The notes beneath the pieces are model-generated. The model did not search any database and had not been told where the DNA came from. It saw nothing but the letters and a program-made list of their open reading frames with translations. From a virus: a stretch of DNA of 64,000 nt. The translations under genes and the position numbers were made by a program. The DNA is taken from positions 2,873-66,872 of IMG/VR virus record IMGVR_UViG_3300028802_000011. The stretch is one strand, 5' to 3'. This document shows, piece by piece, positions 38,718 to 47,081 of the stretch (its first letter is position 1; every line of letters begins with the position of its first letter).

Positions 38718-39757
38718 CCCAGACACCTCCGTTCTCAGTCCAAGTGGAACTCGTGGAAGGCTGCACCTTGGCCTGCGAGTTCTGTGGCATCAACGGCATT
38801 CGGGAGAAGCCTGGGAACTTCAAGCACATGAAGGCGGCGACAGCCGTGCGGATTGCCATGGAGTTGAAGAGGCTCAAGGCCGACGGCTGGAATCCGCGCA
38901 TCGAATTCGCCATGCACGGTGAGCCGTCGATGCACGAGTATCTCGATGTCGTCGTGAATGCTTTCCGTGAAGCCCTCGGCCCAAAGACTTCGCTCGTGAT
39001 GTTCAGCAACGGCAGCGGCTTCCTGTCGAACCCGACGAAGAAGATCAACTCCCTCCTCGAAGCTGGCCTCAACACTCTTGGGCTTGACAACTACGAACAC
39101 GTGAGCATCGTGCCTCGCGTCATCGGAAGCTATCAAGGCCCGTATCCTGTGTACCACTACCCAGAGCAGGAGGAGCATAACCTGCACTCTGGCAGACGCG
39201 TCGGCCACAAGGATATAGTAGTGATCCGCGATATCACTACTGCGGCATTCGGCAATCACTCAACACTCAATACGCACTGCGGCGGCGGGACGGAAGTGCC
39301 GGAGAGTATGCCCCTCAAGCAGCGATGCGCGAAACCGTTCCGCGAGATGTCGTTTCGCTGGGACGGCAACGTTGCAATCTGCTGCAATGACTTCCGAGGA
39401 GTCTACAAGTGTGGCAACATCTTGGAGCTCCCGATGGATGCACTGTGGAATAACCAGGCCTTCCACTCGGCTCGCAAGAAGCTCTATCACTCAGATCGAG
39501 GCTTTGATCCGTGTGACAAGTGCAACGCGAAGTCTATGCGCGTTGGCCTGCTGCCTGATCACAGAGGGAACGAAGTCCTGCAGTACGCAGATGCAACCGA
39601 TGCAGCCGTGATTGCTGAGGCCACAGCCGGCGCTTCGTACACTTCCATCATCCTACGGCGATGGGAAAAGAAGACGCATCCCGACCAGACGTATAACCTG
39701 GTCCCCGATAGAACCAAAGCTCTGAAGGACGCAATGAAGAACGGGCACAAGTCATGA
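38714..39757 (+). CDS. Radical SAM protein with SPASM/twitch domain
   Basis: CTLACEFC, MHGEPSMH, FSNG, CAKPF...DGNVAICCNDF...GNI...PCDKC. Confidence 0.9.
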   Translation: MTQTPPFSVQVELVEGCTLACEFCGINGIREKPGNFKHMKAATAVRIAMELKRLKADGWNPRIEFAMHGEPSMHEYLDVVVNAFREALGPKTSLVMFSNGSGFLSNPTKKINSLLEAGLNTLGLDNYEHVSIVPRVIGSYQGPYPVYHYPEQEEHNLHSGRRVGHKDIVVIRDITTAAFGNHSTLNTHCGGGTEVPESMPLKQRCAKPFREMSFRWDGNVAICCNDFRGVYKCGNILELPMDALWNNQAFHSARKKLYHSDRGFDPCDKCNAKSMRVGLLPDHRGNEVLQYADATDAAVIAEATAGASYTSIILRRWEKKTHPDQTYNLVPDRTKALKDAMKNGHKS

Positions 39758-40683
39758 TTCGTATGGCAGTGCTCCACGTGAACACAGCGAAGATCGATTC
39801 GACAAGTCCAACGATGCGCATTGCTAGATTCGCTGCCGAGCAACTGGAGATACCTCTTGCTCACGACGTCGAGTCTGCGAAGAAGATCCTGCAGACTGGC
39901 AGGCCGGACGTTCTCTTCGTGAAGCACGGACTCCTCCGGTTCAGTGAGCATCGCGAGGAGGCGCTCGCTCTGTACGCGTCGGCCGGCAAGATCGTCAATC
40001 TCGAGAACGATTGTATGTTCGAGCGCGACGTGCGGTTCCGCAAGATCTACCCGACGGAGATCATGTGGAGCACTGTGCCCAGTCGGCTGTTGAAGCCGGT
40101 GGACTCGTACATCAACTGGAACGTTCTCACCTGGCACCCTCCGTCGCAGTGGCGCGAGCCTCTTCCATTTTCAACGCCAGCGGTCACGAATCGGATACTA
40201 TACTACGGAGCATACAAAGAAATCCGGGCAGCCTCGTTCAAGAAGTTCTTCTCCGGAGCTTTGGGTGTTGACGTCTCCAGTTACAGAGGAGGCCAGCGGT
40301 TCACACCTTACGGGCAGAACGTTCGCATGATCAGCGGGAAGTTGAGGAAGATCATCAAGGCCTACGCCTCGACACTCTACATCGAAGACGACTACTCACA
40401 CGAGACGTACTCCTCCCCCGCGAACAGGTTCTACGAATCCCTGCAGGAAGGCCTCGCCATCATCTTCGACGAGGCTTGCCACTCGACGTTCAACAAAGCC
40501 GGCATCGGCATCAAGCAGTACTCGGCGTCAACTCCGGAGGAAGTCGTTGCGAAGATGAAGCACTGGCAGGACATCAGGCAAGAACAGAGGGACCACTGGC
40601 TCAGGGACTACTCCCTCGAGCTGCGGGAGCAGATCAAATCGGCGAGGGTGAAGCTGATTCGCCACGTCGCCGGAGGACTCTAG
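39754..40683 (+). CDS. Putative GT-B glycosyltransferase (beta-glucosyltransferase-like)
   Basis: ILYYGAYKEIR, STLYIED, SPANRFYESL; weak motif-level resemblance only. Confidence 0.5.
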   Translation: MIRMAVLHVNTAKIDSTSPTMRIARFAAEQLEIPLAHDVESAKKILQTGRPDVLFVKHGLLRFSEHREEALALYASAGKIVNLENDCMFERDVRFRKIYPTEIMWSTVPSRLLKPVDSYINWNVLTWHPPSQWREPLPFSTPAVTNRILYYGAYKEIRAASFKKFFSGALGVDVSSYRGGQRFTPYGQNVRMISGKLRKIIKAYASTLYIEDDYSHETYSSPANRFYESLQEGLAIIFDEACHSTFNKAGIGIKQYSASTPEEVVAKMKHWQDIRQEQRDHWLRDYSLELREQIKSARVKLIRHVAGGL

Positions 40684-40685
40684 AC

Positions 40686-41261
40686 ATGAAGTCGATTATG
40701 ACAACGTTCACAGGCAAGAAGATCGATCCTCTGAATCTCACAGATAAAGACATCGACATCGTGGACATCGCGCATCACCTTGCCTGTGTCAACCGATTCG
40801 CCGGAGCCGCCCGAGTTCCCGTGAATGTTGCCCATCATTCAATCTTCGTCAGCATTCTCGTGCCTCCGTATCTCAGGTTGAAAGCCCTGCTCCACGACGG
40901 CAGTGAAGCTTATCTTGGGGACATTGTCAAGTGGCTGAAGAGCAGCCCTCCCTTCGCTGAGTATCGTCGTGTTGAGCACGGGGTTCAGCAGAAGATCTGG
41001 ACAAAGTTCGGCTGCACCGCAGACCATGAGGATCACATCGAGACGGCCGACAGACTCGCCGTTCGCTACGAAGCAGCACAGGTGATGCCGCGCATTGACA
41101 CTCCTGTCGAGTCAACAAAACTGTATGGAGCCCTCACTGAGAGCGAGGTCGCACATATTGACGTGGCCTGCAAGAAGCACTTCGGGATGCCGTGGAGGCC
41201 GATGAACTGGCACGACAGTGAACAACTGTTCATGCTCGTCTTCAAGCAACTCGCGAAGTGA
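40686..41261 (+). CDS. HD-domain 5'-deoxynucleotidase-like protein (YfbR/YfdR type)
   Basis: DIAHHLACVNRFAG, NVAHHS, ALLHDGSEAYLGDI. Confidence 0.85.
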   Translation: MKSIMTTFTGKKIDPLNLTDKDIDIVDIAHHLACVNRFAGAARVPVNVAHHSIFVSILVPPYLRLKALLHDGSEAYLGDIVKWLKSSPPFAEYRRVEHGVQQKIWTKFGCTADHEDHIETADRLAVRYEAAQVMPRIDTPVESTKLYGALTESEVAHIDVACKKHFGMPWRPMNWHDSEQLFMLVFKQLAK

Positions 41262-41270
41262 CAATTTCCA

Positions 41271-41300
41271 TTGCTCCAAGTTGTTAACTTGTGGTATAGT
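41271..41300 (+). promoter_or_regulatory. Sigma70-type promoter P4 with operator in the spacer
   Basis: TTGCTC-18bp-TATAGT with TG extension; CAAGTTGTTAACTTG at 41277-41291. Confidence 0.75.
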
Positions 41301-41317
41301 GAGGCTCGCTAACAGTT

Positions 41318-42190
41318 ATGCAATACATCGATGAGTACTTCGCGACGGCGCGTGAGCGTTACGAGATCATGCTCAAGAAGAGCAGACTTGAACCGAGGCC
41401 GTGGACGAGTGATACTATCTTCCAGAACTTCAGGTTCTGCAATGTTCACCGCGAGCACGACAAGACTACTCAATGGCTCAGGGATCACATACGCCAGCCG
41501 CTCATCAGGGAATTTCAACGAGTCACGGAGCCCGAGCTCAATGCCGTCAAGCTCGAGATCGTTCTTGCTACTCTTGCATTCCGCTGGTTCAACAAGATCG
41601 AGACCGGAGTAACCCTCCTCGATCTGCTGCTCGGGAAGTGGGATTCCGAGGAGGCTATGAGGCGGCTTCGTGGGGTGAGCCCAGTTGTGAGCGGAGCGTA
41701 CATCATCCTCGGGAAACAGGGAATGGAGAAGGCAGAAGGAGTACTGTGGTGCATCGACACTGCCAGACGTCTTGTTCCTACGATGCAGCCGTGGAACTGG
41801 AAGTCACTCCAAGACGCTCACGCTGATCTGAAGGAGCTCCCTTACATGGGGAGGTTCATGGCGTATGAAGTAGTCACGGATCTGCGACACACTCCTGTGC
41901 TCAGTGACGCCCCTGACATCACGACGTGGGCCTCGGCCGGACCCGGCTGCGCACGGGGACTGGGATGGGCGAACTCTGGTAACTCTGCTGAGTTCAGCTA
42001 CGGATCTCAGTGGGACCAGAACGTGATGAACAACATGATGTACGAAATCGTCGAGGCTTCCAAGAAGACGGAGTACTGGCCGAAGGAGTGGCAGGCCTGG
42101 GAAATGCGCGAGGCCGAACACTGGGCCTGTGAGTACGACAAGTATAAGAGAGCGCAGGCCGGTGACAAGCTGAAGAGGAGGTACCAGTGA
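41318..42190 (+). CDS. 5-hmdU DNA kinase helical domain / aGPT-Pplase1-like protein
   Basis: PWTSDTIFQNFRFCNVHREHDKTT, FRWFN, SGAYII, GRFMAYEVVTDL, GPGCARGL, EHWACEYDKY. Confidence 0.8.
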   Translation: MQYIDEYFATARERYEIMLKKSRLEPRPWTSDTIFQNFRFCNVHREHDKTTQWLRDHIRQPLIREFQRVTEPELNAVKLEIVLATLAFRWFNKIETGVTLLDLLLGKWDSEEAMRRLRGVSPVVSGAYIILGKQGMEKAEGVLWCIDTARRLVPTMQPWNWKSLQDAHADLKELPYMGRFMAYEVVTDLRHTPVLSDAPDITTWASAGPGCARGLGWANSGNSAEFSYGSQWDQNVMNNMMYEIVEASKKTEYWPKEWQAWEMREAEHWACEYDKYKRAQAGDKLKRRYQ

Positions 42191-42900
42191 GCGCAGCCAA
42201 GAAATTACTCGATGCGCTGAAGGGGAGGCAGCCGGCGCCAGGCTCTTCCAGCGACCCGCCAGGCGACCCGCCGCCGGCTGACATGCCAATACCTGAGCCG
42301 GCTGGCACGGTCGCGCTGGAGCCTATTTCCCCGGGTCCTGCCGACGGCCTGGCGCGGGCCATACAGGCTATAAACGCACTGGGCGTCGCTGTCGGGCGCA
42401 TCGATATCGTGGAGCGTGTTGAACAACTTCGCATTCTTCTTGAAGATGGAAAGCCTCCGGTCCTTCCTGACATGATCGTGAATCAGATCGTTGTCACACC
42501 ACCTCCGTCGCCACGGTTCACTTGTGAGATCCTGTTCAACCCGGAGACTTATGTTCCGGAGAGCATCGCACATCCTTCACTCTACGAACCTCCGGTTCGA
42601 CAGGACTGTCTGTGGATCGCGGCGAATAATCTCCCCAACACGACGGATCATTTCTGTGTTGGAAGGTGTGGTCGAGATCGTGAACGTGAAGTCTACGGGT
42701 CTCGTGGAAGACCAGTGAACGTCACGTCAATGGGCGATTCGTATGAAGTCCATGCAACTGTGGTTCCTGAGACAAAGCCTATGCCTCCTCGGCCGGACTA
42801 TCAGACTCCTGACCCAGACGACTTCGATGAAGACAATTACGAAAACACTCGAGACGATACACTTGACGAGCGAGATATCGAAGACGAGGACGAGGAGTGA
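42187..42900 (+). CDS. Pro-rich protein with acidic tail, unknown function
   Basis: Coupled on both sides. Confidence 0.5.
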   Translation: MSAAKKLLDALKGRQPAPGSSSDPPGDPPPADMPIPEPAGTVALEPISPGPADGLARAIQAINALGVAVGRIDIVERVEQLRILLEDGKPPVLPDMIVNQIVVTPPPSPRFTCEILFNPETYVPESIAHPSLYEPPVRQDCLWIAANNLPNTTDHFCVGRCGRDREREVYGSRGRPVNVTSMGDSYEVHATVVPETKPMPPRPDYQTPDPDDFDEDNYENTRDDTLDERDIEDEDEE

Positions 42901-43496
42901 AACAACGTTCGCTGTTCGATTCACCCGATGTCGAGCGTGTGGGGATGGGGGATGTTCAACTCATCCTCGGTGACTGCCAGCGCTGTCGCCTGTCGAAGTC
43001 TCGCAACAAGATCGTCTTCGGCTCTGGCAATCAACACGCGAAGCTGATGTTCATCGGCGAGGCACCGGGTGAATTCGAGGATGTGACTGGCCTGCCGTTC
43101 GTGGGCAAAGCCGGTGTCCTTCTCGCTGAGATCTTCACTGCTAACAAGATCACAAGGGACGAAGTCTACATTGCGAACGTCTTGAAGTGCCGGCCTCCTG
43201 GCAACAGGAATCCGGCTGATGATGAAGTTGCTGAGTGCCGTCCGTTCTTGGAACTTCAGATCAAGGCCATCGAGCCGCGAGTCATCGTTGCTCTTGGCAA
43301 GTTTGCATCGGCCATCCTCACAGGGCACAGCGAGTCTGTTCACAAGCTTCGTGGGAAGGTCTATCCGTATAAGCCGCTGCCAGGTGTTCGCGTCATCACT
43401 ACTTTCCATCCGGCTTATGTTCTTAGGAATGGAGTGATGCGCAAGGAACTCGAAGCCGACATCTGGCTGGCAATCGAGGAGGCTCGTCGTGGTTAG
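42897..43496 (+). CDS. Family 4 uracil-DNA glycosylase
   Basis: CQRCRL, FIGEAPG, PFVGKAG, NVLKCRPPGNR, TFHPAY. Confidence 0.93.
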   Translation: MKQRSLFDSPDVERVGMGDVQLILGDCQRCRLSKSRNKIVFGSGNQHAKLMFIGEAPGEFEDVTGLPFVGKAGVLLAEIFTANKITRDEVYIANVLKCRPPGNRNPADDEVAECRPFLELQIKAIEPRVIVALGKFASAILTGHSESVHKLRGKVYPYKPLPGVRVITTFHPAYVLRNGVMRKELEADIWLAIEEARRG

Positions 43497-43773
43497 AACT
43501 TGGAAGGAAGCTCTTCTTCCGGCGTGGGAATACTACAACGATCGCAGGGCTCCTAATGGCGCTGGTGGATGGCTGCACATCGCACTCGATGACGGAAACC
43601 TGGAGCGAGGGAACATCCAGTTCTGTCACGATCAAGCCGTCGAGAACAATGACCCAGCCGGCGCAAGCCTCGCGCGTCTGCTACTTGACATGAGCTACAC
43701 TCAGCGAGCCAAGCTCTACGCGAACTACGATCTCTATTGTCTTGGAGCTGATAGACCGGAGGAGAAGTCTTGA
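43489..43773 (+). CDS. Hypothetical protein
   Basis: GGWLHIALDDGNLE motif; coupled. Confidence 0.6.
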   Translation: MVRTWKEALLPAWEYYNDRRAPNGAGGWLHIALDDGNLERGNIQFCHDQAVENNDPAGASLARLLLDMSYTQRAKLYANYDLYCLGADRPEEKS

Positions 43774-44876
43774 GAGTACTGGAAGTTCGTAACGTCCACG
43801 CCGCACTGCCGCAGGGACTGGACCTCATCGCGAAGCACTCTGTTAGTCGCGATAGCCGGTTTGGCAAGGTCCTCGTCCTGCCCTGGCCTGTCGCAACTGT
43901 GTATTCCCATCCGTTGGAGCGCGTCATCTTTTGGGAGGAGCGCGATGCCAATCCGTTCTTTCACTTGTATGAAGCCCTGTGGATGCTCGCAGGTCGTAAC
44001 GACGTCGAGCCGTTACTCCGTTATGTTAAGACCTTCAATCAGTTCAGTGACGACGGTGAGACAATTCACGACGCATATGGACATCGCTGGCGGAAGCGAT
44101 TTCACGGGGTCGACCAGATCCGAGAGATTGTCTATGCACTCAAGCAGAACCGGGATGACCGTCGCTGCGTGTTACAGATGTGGTCTCCAGAGAGTGATCT
44201 CGGACGCGTAGGCAAAGCGTTCCCGTGCAACCTGACGGCGACGTTTCAAGTCGGGGTGCAGGGCAAACTCGACATGACCGTCTTCTGCCGCTCCAATGAC
44301 ATGATCCTCGGGGCGTACGGCGCGAACGCGTTTCACTTCAGCATGCTCCTCGAGTATATGGCAGCTCGCATCGGCGTCGAGCCCGGTGTCTATACTCAGA
44401 TCTCTACGAACATGCACATCTACGATCACGCTCTCAACAAGGGCATGACCCGGATGCTTCACAACTTGGACTATTACTTGGATCAACTTGGACCGTACCC
44501 TCCGAGGAGTGTCGAAGTAACTAGCATGAGCGACGCGGCTCCGGTCTATCTCAAGACTGCTGGTGTTCGTCCTGCGTTGATGCCGACGGAGAACTGCGAT
44601 CTTGATGTGCTGATCAAGACGTTGCTCTACGACGCAGACTCCGGTTTCATCTCCGAGCGCTGTCGAGATGACTACATGGAGTGGTTCAACGTCTGCTCGG
44701 CAGTACTCAAGTCGCATCACGTCTACAAGAGCATCCCGGCTGGCCCGAGTCCTCTGCGTTTCCAGAAGGCCTACGAGGTTCTTCAGGATGCGCCGCAGGA
44801 TGTCGATCTCGTTCAGGCAGCTTATCAGTGGTTCCAGCGCCGTGAAGTGATGCACTGGGGGAAGGAATACAAGTGA
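43770..44876 (+). CDS. Thymidylate synthase-family enzyme, probably dUMP hydroxymethylase
   Basis: RDANPFFHLYEALWML, AYGHRWR, DRRCVLQMW, FPCN nucleophile, RSNDMILGAYGAN (Asn at the dUMP-specificity position), NMHIY. Confidence 0.85.
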   Translation: MRVLEVRNVHAALPQGLDLIAKHSVSRDSRFGKVLVLPWPVATVYSHPLERVIFWEERDANPFFHLYEALWMLAGRNDVEPLLRYVKTFNQFSDDGETIHDAYGHRWRKRFHGVDQIREIVYALKQNRDDRRCVLQMWSPESDLGRVGKAFPCNLTATFQVGVQGKLDMTVFCRSNDMILGAYGANAFHFSMLLEYMAARIGVEPGVYTQISTNMHIYDHALNKGMTRMLHNLDYYLDQLGPYPPRSVEVTSMSDAAPVYLKTAGVRPALMPTENCDLDVLIKTLLYDADSGFISERCRDDYMEWFNVCSAVLKSHHVYKSIPAGPSPLRFQKAYEVLQDAPQDVDLVQAAYQWFQRREVMHWGKEYK

Positions 44877-45388
44877 TGCTCGTGTGGATGTGCGGCTTCG
44901 ACAGGAACTCCTGCATCGTGTGCAGGGAGCAACATGGAACTATCGTCGACGGCCCTCACGAGTGCCTCAGCCCTCTTGGGTGCAGGTGCCTCGAGATCTC
45001 CGTGGATGAGAAACATAACGGAGTCTGGGGCATCATCAGCAACGGCATCTGGGAAAAAGGCCAGCCGGCTGCTCCATCGTACAATCACACCCGTGAAGAC
45101 TCTGCCCTTACTCCATGTGAAATCTGCAAGGTCTGCCCAGAATCCGCCGTAGAGAATCCATCCCATTACGGCGGAGCACACGATCCGTATGAACACGTCA
45201 AGGTCGCAGAGGCCAAGGGTTGGGACAGCGACGCATTCATCTACAACACGACGAAGTATCTCTGGCGATTCGGCAAGAAAGCAGGAGCGAGCATCCTGCA
45301 AGATCTGAAGAAGGCCAGGTGGTACCTCGACAGGAAGATCAAGAACCTGGAGAAAGAAGAGAGTCATGGCGATCACCAGCAATCGTGA
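44873..45388 (+). CDS. DUF3310-like protein with Cys-rich N-terminus
   Basis: VENPSHY, NTTKYLWRFGKK, QDLKKARWYLDR. Confidence 0.8.
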   Translation: MMLVWMCGFDRNSCIVCREQHGTIVDGPHECLSPLGCRCLEISVDEKHNGVWGIISNGIWEKGQPAAPSYNHTREDSALTPCEICKVCPESAVENPSHYGGAHDPYEHVKVAEAKGWDSDAFIYNTTKYLWRFGKKAGASILQDLKKARWYLDRKIKNLEKEESHGDHQQS

Positions 45389-45563
45389 CCGTTACGTTCC
45401 GTTTCACACGACCCCTGATGTTCAGGAGGCATTGAAGGAGCACACAGAGAAGACCGGCGAGAAGCGCTCGAAGATCATCCACGACATCATCGTCAGTGCT
45501 TTACAGAAGATGGGCTATGACGTGACGGGCTACGAGTTGAGGAAGGAGGAAGACAAGTCGTGA
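45366..45563 (+). CDS. Ribbon-helix-helix-like DNA-binding protein
   Basis: YVPFHTT strand, helix, RSKIIHDIIVSAL helix; 65 aa. Confidence 0.55.
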   Translation: MAITSNRDRYVPFHTTPDVQEALKEHTEKTGEKRSKIIHDIIVSALQKMGYDVTGYELRKEEDKS

Positions 45564-46000
45564 AAGAGATTGATCTTAGCAGAGGCCTGGTGAAGGAACT
45601 GCGCACAGGGATCTGTCTTCCTAACTCTGTGGTCTTCAAGCACACAGACGCGTATACGTCGGGAGTACTGGACATCAGTGTCACGTGGCTGCGGCATACG
45701 TCATGGTTGGAAGCGAAGGTCGCACGAGGTGGCAAGGTCGAAGGCCGTGGGATCCAGCATCAGACTGCTATCAAGCTCGCAGCCGTCAGCGACTGCTGGT
45801 ATGTCATCTACGAATTCAAAGAGAAGCAGCGCAACACCCACATCGTTCATCCTCTCAAGATCTTCCCTGACGGAACTTGGGATCCAACTGAAATCTTCCC
45901 TGGTCTCAATCATCAGGCTGTCGCAACGTTTGTTAGCAAGAGGCATAGCTCCCTCTGGGACCGGTCTGCTTGTCAGTACTGTGGAAGAGACCCGCGATGA
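45560..46000 (+). CDS. PD-(D/E)xK nuclease (VRR-NUC/resolvase-like)
   Basis: SGVLDISV...WLEAK...Q. Confidence 0.65.
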   Translation: MKEIDLSRGLVKELRTGICLPNSVVFKHTDAYTSGVLDISVTWLRHTSWLEAKVARGGKVEGRGIQHQTAIKLAAVSDCWYVIYEFKEKQRNTHIVHPLKIFPDGTWDPTEIFPGLNHQAVATFVSKRHSSLWDRSACQYCGRDPR

Positions 46001-46797
46001 CCCTGGTGACCCTCCTCGGAGGCCTCGAGTGCCCTCTGGTTCTCATCGACACTGAAACCACCGGCACTCACCATGAAGTCGATCGTATTGTGCAGATCGG
46101 GATCATGAAACTTTATCCTGATGGACGGGAGACTGAGTATCAGACTTATGTCAACCCTCAGCAGCCTATCCCTCCGGAGATCACTGCTATCCATGGCATC
46201 AACGATGACACTGTCAAAGACGCACCCACGTTCGCACAGTTGGCAGAGAACCTCGCAAAAGGATTTTCTAAGTGTGACTTCGCCGGTCATAATGTTGAAT
46301 TCGATCTCGACTTCCTGAAGTCCGAGTTCAAACGAGTAGGATCACGAGACGTCATCAACGGCCGCATACTCTGTTCGCAAAAGATCTTCTTCTCTTATCA
46401 CAAGCGCACTCTTTCTGACGCTGCTCGTCTCTATCTTGGAGAAGAGCACACTGACGCTCACGACGCCATGGCCGACATCCGTATGACGAAGAGGGTGCTC
46501 GAGGCGCAGCTCGCCAAGCACAATGACCTTCCTAAGGATATGGGCCAGCTCTACAGGAAGTACTTCGAGGAGGGGAGGGACACCGGCTTCCTGGATCCTC
46601 GCGGTCTCCTGGCCTGGCGGTTCGGTGAGGCCTGTATCAACTTCGGGAACAAACACGTCAACGTTCCTCTTCGAACAGTGGCAAAGAGGGACCCAGGGTA
46701 TCTTCACTGGATGCTGAAGTCAGACTTCCCTTGGAAGGTGCAGGAGATTGTCAGACAAGCGCTCGCGGGTAAGTTCCCGCAGAAGGAGACGAAGTGA
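45997..46797 (+). CDS. DnaQ/ExoX-like 3'-5' exonuclease
   Basis: IDTETTG, IHGI, GHNVEFD, HDAMADI; C-terminal FGNKH...DPGYLHW. Confidence 0.9.
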   Translation: MTLVTLLGGLECPLVLIDTETTGTHHEVDRIVQIGIMKLYPDGRETEYQTYVNPQQPIPPEITAIHGINDDTVKDAPTFAQLAENLAKGFSKCDFAGHNVEFDLDFLKSEFKRVGSRDVINGRILCSQKIFFSYHKRTLSDAARLYLGEEHTDAHDAMADIRMTKRVLEAQLAKHNDLPKDMGQLYRKYFEEGRDTGFLDPRGLLAWRFGEACINFGNKHVNVPLRTVAKRDPGYLHWMLKSDFPWKVQEIVRQALAGKFPQKETK

Positions 46798-47081
46798 TCA
46801 GCAAGGAACAGATTGATAGCATCGTTGGGCTCGTAAGATCAATGCTCGAAGCCTACAATGAGCCTGAGGATATCATCGATATCAAACTGTCAAGTGGGTA
46901 CGATGAACGCATCGAAGGTGATTGGATCCTCTCTGATCTGAACAGGACCAAGACCATTCTCATTCAACTCAACGGTGGCGCTCAAGAGAATCGCATCGAC
47001 AAGTGTTCTGCCTGTAAGAATCCCGCAGGCCACGAGCCGGGGGACTTCAACTGCTATCACCCGCAGGAGCGGGTGAGGTGA
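46794..47081 (+). CDS. Hypothetical protein
   Basis: Coupled on both sides. Confidence 0.5.
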   Translation: MISKEQIDSIVGLVRSMLEAYNEPEDIIDIKLSSGYDERIEGDWILSDLNRTKTILIQLNGGAQENRIDKCSACKNPAGHEPGDFNCYHPQERVR

